A DNA stretch of 31,532 nt. Source: a virus (Duplodnaviria; Caudoviricetes). Shown here piece by piece: positions 8,810 to 16,265 of the stretch. The DNA is taken from positions 1 to 31,532 of IMG/VR virus record IMGVR_UViG_3300034171_000077; one strand, 5' to 3'. A program made the position numbers and the translations under genes. The first letter of the stretch is position 1, and every line of letters starts with the position of its first letter. The notes under the pieces are model-generated. The model was given only the letters and a program-made list of their open reading frames with translations, did no database searches and was not told where the DNA came from.

Positions 8810-10297
8810 TCAGCGGCGGAATTGTGTTTGCTGCGCGTGTACGCGGTACTGGCCAATCAGCATCGGCTGATCCATCACGTTCAGGCGGCCGGGGTCAGAC
8901 GGGTCAATGTTCGCCCGCAGGCTTTCGGTGTAGCCGGCGTAGTCGCGCACCCAGCCGTAAGCACCCATCAGCGTTAGACGGTAGAGATTCAGCAGCTCGG
9001 TGCGCGCCACTTTGGGCGTCATAATGGGCTGGCTGGGATCGTAGAATTCACGGTCTTCGTCGGCGGCCAGCTTGTGGCGCGGGTACTTCTGCGCGAACAG
9101 GCTGATCTGCTCAAATCGGATGCGTTCCAGGGTTTCGGGCGTGTTGATATCCAGGTAGCTGTCGTCGGCGATGCCGCTGGCGTTTTCCTGGTAGGTGGTG
9201 ATCTGGCGCTCAATCTGCACGCTGCCGTCGCTGGCCACGGTGTAAGTGGCCACGCCGTCAAACAGCAGGAGGTTGCGCTCGGGATCAGACCAGCGCTGGC
9301 CCTCGGCGGGCGGAATCAGGCCAGGCAAGGCCAACCGCTGCAACGGCCGGGCTGGGTCAATCGCCAGTGATTTGGCGGCCACAATGGCGTTGGTGGCGGC
9401 CCACAGCCACGTTGGGCTGGCCGCCAAACCTGTGCCCATCATGCTGACGTGCGGCGAGTTGCGGCCGTTACCGGCGGTGGCCACCTCGGCGTGGGTGCCA
9501 CGGAAGGCACAGAACGCACGCCCGCCAATCTGGCGCATAGGGCCGTAGCGATCGGACAGCTCGGCTTCCATCGCTTCCAGGCTGGTGGTGTCGGTGTAGG
9601 GCAGGCAAACCCAGTTAAACCACTCGCTACCCATGGCGGCAATAGCGGCATCCAGCTGTGGGTTCACAGCACCGCCACTTGCCTGGGTGTAACTTACGCG
9701 CAAGCCTTTGGGGCGCTGTTCACCTTTCACGCTGTCGCGCAGGTCAATGTCGTTACCGGTTTCGCCTTTCCAGCGGCAGGTCAGCACCACCTTGCTCGGG
9801 GTTATGCCATCCACGGCCGCGGTCACCGGCACGCGGTCGTCAGCGTTCACCGCATCGACAATGGCCTGGGCCACTATTTGGGGCTGATCGCCAGCAGCCA
9901 GGGATACCCACACGCGCCGGCCGGCAATGTACAGCGCCAGCGGACGGGTGTCGGACGGCCCTTCAGTCACTTCCAGGGAACACGTGGCCACCACGCCCGC
10001 CGCCGCATCGTCCAGGGCAATGACCCAGGTTTCGGTGTACAGATCCACTTCTTTGATGGCGCGCATCATTTCGGCGAGCATGGAGCCACGGCCAAACAGT
10101 TCGTCGCCTTGTTCTTTACTGGTCACACGTACCAGGCTGCCGGCATCCTGGGAGCCGCCAATCCGCTTCTGGCCAATCACCAGCAGCTTGCCCATGAACA
10201 CCGCGTTACCGGCCAGGCGGTTATCAAATTCGACGTACCAGCCCGGCACACGGAGTGATGCGGGAATGTCGTTAAATACGGTTGCGCTGATAGCCAT
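8810..10297 (-). CDS. Tail sheath protein (Mu gpL)
   Basis: FNDIP..LRVPG.YVEFDN, LFGRGSMLA.M, DPARPLQ, ERNLLLFDG, SYLDINT, KYPRHKLA. Confidence 0.95.
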   Translation of the reverse strand: MAISATVFNDIPASLRVPGWYVEFDNRLAGNAVFMGKLLVIGQKRIGGSQDAGSLVRVTSKEQGDELFGRGSMLAEMMRAIKEVDLYTETWVIALDDAAAGVVATCSLEVTEGPSDTRPLALYIAGRRVWVSLAAGDQPQIVAQAIVDAVNADDRVPVTAAVDGITPSKVVLTCRWKGETGNDIDLRDSVKGEQRPKGLRVSYTQASGGAVNPQLDAAIAAMGSEWFNWVCLPYTDTTSLEAMEAELSDRYGPMRQIGGRAFCAFRGTHAEVATAGNGRNSPHVSMMGTGLAASPTWLWAATNAIVAAKSLAIDPARPLQRLALPGLIPPAEGQRWSDPERNLLLFDGVATYTVASDGSVQIERQITTYQENASGIADDSYLDINTPETLERIRFEQISLFAQKYPRHKLAADEDREFYDPSQPIMTPKVARTELLNLYRLTLMGAYGWVRDYAGYTESLRANIDPSDPGRLNVMDQPMLIGQYRVHAQQTQFRR

Positions 10298-10509
10298 CAG
10301 TCAGCCTCCTTTTGCTTGAGTGCCGCACCGTTAGGCTTGGCCTTGGGTGTCGCGGCCGGGGTGGCTTCGACGATGGAACCCTCTGCCTTGCGGCGTATCC
10401 AGTGGCCGCTCCAGTCAACCCAGGCGCCCTCTTGGGGCAGCGGTTGGCCGTTTTGCGGCTGGCGCACCACCAGGCCCTGGCGGGCCGGTTTGATGTATCG
10501 CTTGGTCAC
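10297..10509 (-). CDS. Mu gp38 / DUF2635 family protein
   Basis: IKPA..GL.VR.P....LP.EG..V.....W.RR...G pattern upstream of the sheath. Confidence 0.85.
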   Translation of the reverse strand: MTKRYIKPARQGLVVRQPQNGQPLPQEGAWVDWSGHWIRRKAEGSIVEATPAATPKAKPNGAALKQKEAD

Positions 10510-10520
10510 GGTTGTGTCTC

Positions 10521-11063
10521 CTAGGTGGCCGTGGGAATTTCGGTGTAGCTCTCGGTGGCGGGGCCATCGCCCACCTGGTGAGTTGCGCTGTAGATGGCAA
10601 AATCAGCCAGTTCGGACGGGTCAGACGCCCGCAGAGCCAGCCCTTGCTGCCAGCTCACCGCCCAAAGCGCGACGCCCTGGCGGTCGGCCTGACCGCTGTA
10701 CAGGTTTTCAGCCGCCACGTTTTCCGGGCGTTGAGTGTTGTCCAGGCCCCAGCGGTTGCCTTTCACACAGCGCAGCAGCGCCTCGGTGTAATCCAGGGCC
10801 GCCACATCTCGTGTCGCTCCCGGCGTATCGCGGGTAACCACATAGGCCACCCAGCGCACCTGCACATGGCGCGTTTGATTGTCTGCAACCACCGGCACCT
10901 GCACAGCCGACACCAGCACCGCCGGCGCGCGACGGCTCCAGCGCTGCAGCTCCTGCAAATCAAAGCGGCCGCCATGGGCCTGGCAGTCTTTCAGGGCGGG
11001 CAGCGCCACCTGTATGGACTGAACAATGGCGTTGCGTGTCAGGTTGAGGTCTCCGGTGTTCAT
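10521..11063 (-). CDS. Tail terminator-like protein (Mu gp37)
   Basis: HGGRFD, PAVLV, NLYS..G.ALWAVSW; position. Confidence 0.78.
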   Translation of the reverse strand: MNTGDLNLTRNAIVQSIQVALPALKDCQAHGGRFDLQELQRWSRRAPAVLVSAVQVPVVADNQTRHVQVRWVAYVVTRDTPGATRDVAALDYTEALLRCVKGNRWGLDNTQRPENVAAENLYSGQADRQGVALWAVSWQQGLALRASDPSELADFAIYSATHQVGDGPATESYTEIPTAT

Positions 11064-11521
11064 CGTTGCTCCAGGTGCTGGTCAAGCCAGCGGCCGGCTA
11101 CGACCTGAAGCTCGGCCAGGTTGTCGCTGGATAAGCCCAGGTACGGGCGCGCCGGAATAGCCGCGGGGCCCGGCGCCATGCCTGCCACACCGCCTTCCTG
11201 GTGAATGCGGGCGTAAACCAGATTGGAGCCTATCTCCACCCGGTCGCCCTGCACGTCGAAGGTAATGCTGTCCAGCAGGTCGCCTTCGCCTTGCAGCAGT
11301 GATTGGCCGCCGTGGCGGGCGCCGGCGTAGTCGGCCGTCCATGCTGTCCAGGGGGTACCATCGGGCGCTTCCTGCTCGTCGCTGATCCGGAGCCGTGTCT
11401 GGCTTTCGGCCACGCTGCCCAGCTGCTCGCCTAACTCGCTTAACTGGAGGTTGCTCAAGCGCCCAATGCGCTCTTGCAAGCGGCGGACTCCTGAGAAGTC
11501 GGTGGTCAGCGAAACGCTCAC
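11060..11521 (-). CDS. Virion morphogenesis protein (Mu gpG / P2 gpS family)
   Basis: PDGTPW, G.L..SI, GSNLVYARIHQEGG, IPARPYLGLS. GTG start at 11521 overlaps the gp36 stop (GTGA). Confidence 0.88.
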   Translation of the reverse strand: MSVSLTTDFSGVRRLQERIGRLSNLQLSELGEQLGSVAESQTRLRISDEQEAPDGTPWTAWTADYAGARHGGQSLLQGEGDLLDSITFDVQGDRVEIGSNLVYARIHQEGGVAGMAPGPAAIPARPYLGLSSDNLAELQVVAGRWLDQHLEQR

Positions 11522-11934
11522 GTTAGCCTCCGGTCGCGGCCCCAACGGCGCGGTTTTGAGAACACGGCCGGCTTGATGCTGGTGGGCGTGCCTTGCTGAA
11601 TGCCCAAGCTAACCTCGCCCTTGGCGATGGCTTTCAGCAGTTGTATCGCTTTCTCGCAGCGGGTTTTCCGGTGTTCGGTGCCGGTATCGGCTTCGGGCGA
11701 CAGCGTGTCGAAAGCAATGTCCACGGCCAGCTTGGTCAGAATGCGCGGCACCGTGTTCAGGGGTAGCTTGTATTGCTGGCCCACGTAGGTGTCGATCTCG
11801 GCATCCGCATCGGCTAGGGCTTGCTCCACCACATCGGCGTCTACCTGGCCATCACCGTCACGGTCGGCGGCAATCAGCAGTGCGTCATTGCCAAAGCGAT
11901 CAATCAGGTTTTGCAGCGTGGCGTAAACAGCCAT
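11518..11934 (-). CDS. Head-tail connector, Mu gp36 (DUF1320)
   Basis: YAT..LI.RFG, ALADADAEID.Y...Y.LPL..VP, AI..L..IAKG..SLG. Confidence 0.9.
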   Translation of the reverse strand: MAVYATLQNLIDRFGNDALLIAADRDGDGQVDADVVEQALADADAEIDTYVGQQYKLPLNTVPRILTKLAVDIAFDTLSPEADTGTEHRKTRCEKAIQLLKAIAKGEVSLGIQQGTPTSIKPAVFSKPRRWGRDRRLT

Positions 11935-11935
11935 A

Positions 11936-12220
11936 TCAGCTCTCCTCGGTACCGGTTGAGGTGACGGCCCGCACGGTCAGCCGGCTCTCAGATTCGATGG
12001 CCTTCCGCTGCTCATGCGTTAGATCGCACACATCTATAACGGTTTCTGCGCGGCTAAACTGCAAGCCGGCGCGGCGGAAGCTGGGGGGAATGGATCGCAC
12101 GGCAATACGCTCGTGGCCCTGAGCGCTGCCCGGTGCGGCCGTGTTGTCCGCGGCGGTCTGGTCAGCGGCCTTGGCAGCCGGCTTGGTGATTTTTGCTTTG
12201 CTGGTTCTGGTGGCGGCCAT
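11936..12220 (-). CDS. Mu gp35 / HI1506-like small virion protein
   Basis: FRRAGLQF..LT.EQ..AI..E.RL.V motif after the capsid gene. Confidence 0.75.
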   Translation of the reverse strand: MAATRTSKAKITKPAAKAADQTAADNTAAPGSAQGHERIAVRSIPPSFRRAGLQFSRAETVIDVCDLTHEQRKAIESESRLTVRAVTSTGTEES

Positions 12221-12246
12221 GCGCCCTCCGTGTGCTTGTCGGTTTC

Positions 12247-12279
12247 AAAAATGGCCAGACCCAGGGCCCGGCCATTTTT
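12247..12279 (-). terminator. Intrinsic terminator after the major capsid gene (possibly bidirectional)
   Basis: Minus strand AAAAATGGCCGGGCC-CTG-GGTCTGGCCATTTTT; GC stem with A and T tracts on the two sides. Confidence 0.75.
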
Positions 12280-12311
12280 AGACTGCCTGTTTTAGAGTGC
12301 CTGCGTAGCGG

Positions 12312-13232
12312 TTAGCCCTGGCCGGTAGACCCGAACGCCATCTGCCAGAAGCTGAACCCAGCCGCGCCGCGAGCTTCCGCGCCGTAGAGGTACTTCTTCT
12401 GCAAGAACACGGCGTCGCTGTCCATGTTGGTCTGGGAGACGAACACAGGCGCCTTGCGTTCTTGATAGATGAACGGCTTTACCGGCTTGGTGGTGTCCAG
12501 CAGAAACCACGCGGTGTCGGACGTCAGGCGGGATGACACCACCACTTTCGCGGCGTTCCGGTAAGGGTTGGGCTTGCCGTCTTCCAACCGCTCAACGCTC
12601 ATCAGTGCTTCTGCGGTGTCTTCCAGGGCGGGTGGTACCAGCAGGATGTCGGGTTTGATGTTGAGCGGGCGCTCTTCGTCATCCTTCATCTTGCGCAACG
12701 CCGTACGAGCCGCACCAAAGCTGGCCTGAGCGGCCGCCAACGTGGCATGGCTCAGCGCAACCGTGCCCTTGTTAGAGGCACTGCCAGTGCTGCCATCCTT
12801 CTTGCCCACCGGGTGATCGGTATCGAAGAACGGCTGGCCGTCATAACCCAGTTCGACAAAACCCGCGTTCACCAGGTCAAACACCAGTTCGTCCGGCAGG
12901 TGCGCGGCGCTGTAGCCTGCCATCTCGGCTTCGGGGCCATAGATGCCCAGGGTGTCGTCTTCAATGTCGTTGCGATCCACTTCAACAGTGGCTTCGAAGT
13001 CGTCGTTGATGACGGTGTAGCCCTGGCCCTTCATCTGCTTAACCACCTTATCCCCTACCCACTTGCGCATGGCCGGGAAACGCTCCATCCACTTGTAGCG
13101 GTTTTCGGAAGAGGTTGAGGTCACCTTCATGGCGATCTTTGGCCACTCAGGCTCCGCGGCCTGCAGGGCGCGGTTGTATGTGGTCTTCAGGTTGAAGAAC
13201 ACGCCGTCTAATGCACCTTTATTTACAATCAC
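12312..13232 (-). CDS. Major capsid protein (Mu gpT)
   Basis: FP.MRKWVGD, FEATVEVDRNDIEDD.LG.Y, YDGQPFFDTDH, WFLLDTTKPVKPFIYQER, FWQMA. Confidence 0.96.
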   Translation of the reverse strand: MIVNKGALDGVFFNLKTTYNRALQAAEPEWPKIAMKVTSTSSENRYKWMERFPAMRKWVGDKVVKQMKGQGYTVINDDFEATVEVDRNDIEDDTLGIYGPEAEMAGYSAAHLPDELVFDLVNAGFVELGYDGQPFFDTDHPVGKKDGSTGSASNKGTVALSHATLAAAQASFGAARTALRKMKDDEERPLNIKPDILLVPPALEDTAEALMSVERLEDGKPNPYRNAAKVVVSSRLTSDTAWFLLDTTKPVKPFIYQERKAPVFVSQTNMDSDAVFLQKKYLYGAEARGAAGFSFWQMAFGSTGQG

Positions 13233-13243
13233 TGCTGTTCTCC

Positions 13244-13645
13244 TTATTCAACCCAGACGCCAGCGGATTCGACAGCCAGCACGGTACCGGCCGCAGAGCG
13301 GGTCCCGGTGCCATCCGTGCCAGCAACGGTCTCGTCGTCTTGGATGTAACAAATTTTGCCGACCAGAGCCTGGCCAACGGGATCGGTACCAGAGTTCACC
13401 CACAGAAACGCCTTGTGGCGGCGTACTGTCACGATGGCGTCGCCGTCTGCACCGTTGCTGTTGTCAACGTGCGCATCCGCCCGGCCCAGATAGGTCAGGC
13501 CAGTAGCGGCTTTACCCGCCACCAGAAAGCCGGTCGCGTTGGCGGCTACCAAGGCACCCCCAAAGATTTCTTCACCGGCGGCGACAGCGAACGGCATCAC
13601 TTCAGCGTCGCGGTGCGCGGTCATGCGGTCTTGAGTCAGCGGCAT
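13244..13645 (-). CDS. Probable capsid decoration/cement protein
   Basis: Small beta-rich Ala/Gly/Val protein between protease and capsid genes; CYIQDDETV..AG.V....GVWVE. Confidence 0.65.
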   Translation of the reverse strand: MPLTQDRMTAHRDAEVMPFAVAAGEEIFGGALVAANATGFLVAGKAATGLTYLGRADAHVDNSNGADGDAIVTVRRHKAFLWVNSGTDPVGQALVGKICYIQDDETVAGTDGTGTRSAAGTVLAVESAGVWVE

Positions 13646-14142
13646 CAGGCGTGCCCTCCGTAGGTTTTAAGATCCGCTTCGGAGTTGCCCATCATTTTGG
13701 CAATCTGCAGCGTCTCGGCGTTCAGGGCTTTTTCAGACCCCGGCACCGTGCGACCGTCCAGACCCGAACCGGCAGTGATGGCCGGCGCGCTGGCAACAAA
13801 CGTCTGGAAGCGCTCCAAACCACCGTCCGTGCGGCACTGGGCTTTGTGGTATTCCACGGTGGATGGCGCAATCTTGCCGTCTTCCAGGGCCTGATTCAGC
13901 GCGGTGTCGATGGCCTCATCGGCTTGCGCCTTCTTCATGCTCGTCAGCTGCTGCTCTGCGTTAGCGGCGCGCTGCTGGGATTGGTTGAAGTCGGCACGGG
14001 GCACGTACTTGTCAAGGCTCGGGGTTAATTCCCGGTTTTGAGCGGTGTCGAGATCCACCTGGACTTGATCAAGGGCCGCAATTGCTTGCGCCTCAGTCGC
14101 GTCTTCTGGCAGACCCAGCCGCTTAAGCAGTTCTTTCCACAC
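13645..14142 (-). CDS. Scaffold protein (gpZ-like) from an in-frame internal start in I
   Basis: AGGAGG (14151-14156) 8 nt upstream of in-frame GTG 14142, at the boundary between the protease and helical scaffold parts. Confidence 0.65.
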   Translation of the reverse strand: MWKELLKRLGLPEDATEAQAIAALDQVQVDLDTAQNRELTPSLDKYVPRADFNQSQQRAANAEQQLTSMKKAQADEAIDTALNQALEDGKIAPSTVEYHKAQCRTDGGLERFQTFVASAPAITAGSGLDGRTVPGSEKALNAETLQIAKMMGNSEADLKTYGGHA

Positions 14143-14664
14143 GGTGGATTCCTCCTGGGGCTCTTGCTGGTTCAGCGCTTTCAGCGCCAAGTTGGGTTGA
14201 TTGGTCAGGCCCGCGCTGGTCAGCCGTACAACCTGGCGTTCATCGCGGGTAAACAAAAACACGGGGGATAGATAACGGTACTCTTTGCGCTGCAGCTGGT
14301 TGGCGGCCTTTTCAGTCCACTCAACCAAACCCCATACGGCGCCATCACGCAGCTCTAGTTTTTTAACCCAGGCGGCGGCGGGGGCGTCCTCGCCCTTCGG
14401 GGCGCGGTGTTCGCTGGCGTGTTCCCAGTCAATCACCAGGTCAAGGCCGCGCGTGGCGAACTGGTCCACCACGGATTGAGGATTCTGGTTGCGCCAGGTG
14501 CGGCCGTCGCGGCCTTCCAGCAGCTCGCCGGCAGGCAGCAGCTCAACCCATTCCGGCACTTCGCCGGCGGGCAACTCAACATTCAGCGCCAGGCGGTGTT
14601 CCTGGACGGGTTCAGAGTTGAGGGCCTTGGCAAGGCCGGGACGGAGTGCGTTTGTGTTTTCCAT
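13645..14664 (-). CDS. Prohead protease/scaffold (Mu gpI)
   Basis: LLPAG..GRDGR.W, IDWEHA, APAAAW, VEWT, EYRYLSPVF, GLTNQPNL. Confidence 0.93.
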   Translation of the reverse strand: MENTNALRPGLAKALNSEPVQEHRLALNVELPAGEVPEWVELLPAGELLEGRDGRTWRNQNPQSVVDQFATRGLDLVIDWEHASEHRAPKGEDAPAAAWVKKLELRDGAVWGLVEWTEKAANQLQRKEYRYLSPVFLFTRDERQVVRLTSAGLTNQPNLALKALNQQEPQEESTVWKELLKRLGLPEDATEAQAIAALDQVQVDLDTAQNRELTPSLDKYVPRADFNQSQQRAANAEQQLTSMKKAQADEAIDTALNQALEDGKIAPSTVEYHKAQCRTDGGLERFQTFVASAPAITAGSGLDGRTVPGSEKALNAETLQIAKMMGNSEADLKTYGGHA

Positions 14665-14718
14665 GGCGCCACACTATCGGCGGCGCGGCGCCGAATGGGC
14701 TATGAGACAGTTCAGGGG
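14665..14718 (-). promoter_or_regulatory. Late promoter for the head/tail operon: activator box CCCCTGAAC-N4-TCAT, 25 nt, -10 TAGTGT, 6 nt, ATG
   Basis: Same motif and spacing as upstream of the lysin gene. Confidence 0.72.
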
Positions 14719-14811
14719 CGGTTTTCAGAGAGGGCGTTGCGCGGGCAGGATAACGAGCCAAACAGCCGGGCGCGTATTGCCAGGCATTGCGACCGCCCGG
14801 TAATCGCGTAC

Positions 14812-14833
14812 AAGGGCGTTAGAAGGGCGTTAG
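14812..14833. repeat. Perfect 11-bp tandem repeat AAGGGCGTTAG x2
   Basis: Read directly in the F-I intergenic region. Confidence 0.85.
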
Positions 14834-14972
14834 TTAAAGAAAGCGGAATCAACACCATACATTGCTCATCTTGAGCCTTGCAGGCGACTGTGAGCGTTCT
14901 TAGGCGCTCGCCGTCAGGCGGCCTTTACTGCAGCGATTCCAGCCACGACAGTATACTGGGTTTGGCGCAACT

Positions 14973-16265
14973 TCACTTCGATGCGGCTCGAATAACACGC
15001 CCCCTGCTGCGGGTGCGGCGCAGGTCGGCGTCGTCTGCCTTCTGATAGCTCACCAGATACAGCCGTCCCTGGTCGCCGGTACGCTTTAGAACGGCCTTCC
15101 ACCAACGGTTAGGGCTGTTGCTCGGCGAGGTGCGAGGCGAAAACACCACCGCATGCCCAGGGCGGTCACTTTCAATGGTGATACCGCGCGCCAGCCGCTG
15201 CGGCAGCTGCCGGTAATCGGCGGTCGTCAGGTCGGCATGACTGCGCAATTGCTGATTGAATGTGCCTGGCGACAACCGCACCACCTGCGTTGTTGCCCCC
15301 AAAGCCGCTTGCACCTGGCGGTCCACCAGGCCCGCAGGCAGCTCGCCATCCGCACGATCAACCCATTGATCCAGTATCGGCGACGCCATCACGTCCCGTG
15401 CGGCCGCCTCTGCCAGGCGCTGATCTAACGTATCCAGCTTGCCGGTCATGCGGTCGCGCAGCACGCGCACCCGGTCTTGCCCCGGATTGCTGGCCCAGGC
15501 CGGGTGCAGGCCTTGGTCTACCTGGGTGGTCTCGCCGGTGCGTTGGTTGGTGTAGCGTGTGGCGCGGGTGGGCGGCGCTTCACGCCTTACCGGCATTGTG
15601 CGGCGCTGGCGCCTGCCTGTAGGCAGGCCGGTGCCTGGGTCCACGTCCAGTTCGGCGCGCGGATTTTGCACGCCCTCGCGGCCCATGCGCTGTGCTTCCA
15701 CTTCGGACACCTGGCGCACACGGCACTTACAGCCATAGCCGTTCGGCGGCATGTGGTCGCGCCACCAGGGGTCGTCAACAGGCAGCAACGTGCCGGCCCA
15801 GGACACGTGCTTGTCCCGGTGGTTTTTGCTGGGGCCCAGCTCATACAGCAAATACGGCAGGCTTTCCTTGGTGCGCTGGGCGCGCTCCCACTGGCCCGCG
15901 GCACGGGCGCTGCGCAGGTTGGACTGGTAGATGGTTTTCAGGCGTCGCGGTGACCCCAGCTGCACCGTGCGGCGCTCACCCGTGTTTGGGTCTATTTCAT
16001 CCTTTACACCCCACCAGCCCTTTTTTTCCAGCTGGGGCTTCAGGTCGCGGGCGAACTCGCGAAAGGGTTTCCCCTCTGCCAGCGCGTCATCCAGCCCCGC
16101 GCGAAGGTCGTCCAGGATGTCCAGCTTCATGGCTTTGGCCACCGTGAACGCGTGGGCGTGCTCCTGGGCCCACACGTCCTGGTAATCAAACCCGGTGCGC
16201 ACATCCTTATCGCGGAAGTACTCCAGCGCTTCGCGCGGTACCGGGCCCGCCTCAAACGTGGCCAT
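14973..16265 (-). CDS. Minor head protein MuF (gp30) with C-terminal extension, possibly a PBECR-type nuclease fold
   Basis: HAHAFTVAK, LGSPRRLKTIY.SN, PPNGYGCKCRV MuF motifs. C-terminal ~130 aa with H.DLT..DY..LP ... WKAVLK.T...LYLVSY. Confidence 0.85.
   Translation of the reverse strand: MATFEAGPVPREALEYFRDKDVRTGFDYQDVWAQEHAHAFTVAKAMKLDILDDLRAGLDDALAEGKPFREFARDLKPQLEKKGWWGVKDEIDPNTGERRTVQLGSPRRLKTIYQSNLRSARAAGQWERAQRTKESLPYLLYELGPSKNHRDKHVSWAGTLLPVDDPWWRDHMPPNGYGCKCRVRQVSEVEAQRMGREGVQNPRAELDVDPGTGLPTGRRQRRTMPVRREAPPTRATRYTNQRTGETTQVDQGLHPAWASNPGQDRVRVLRDRMTGKLDTLDQRLAEAAARDVMASPILDQWVDRADGELPAGLVDRQVQAALGATTQVVRLSPGTFNQQLRSHADLTTADYRQLPQRLARGITIESDRPGHAVVFSPRTSPSNSPNRWWKAVLKRTGDQGRLYLVSYQKADDADLRRTRSRGRVIRAASK

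Noticed and set aside
12598-12605. CTGATGAG on the minus strand in the capsid gene (another at ~4738-4745 in N)
   Set aside because: Both lie in coding sequence, and I could not build the GAAA core and flanking stems of a hammerhead around them.
14914-15105. 63-aa ORF as a possible MuF immunity gene
   Set aside because: It mostly overlaps F out of frame, has no clear RBS and has low-complexity basic composition.
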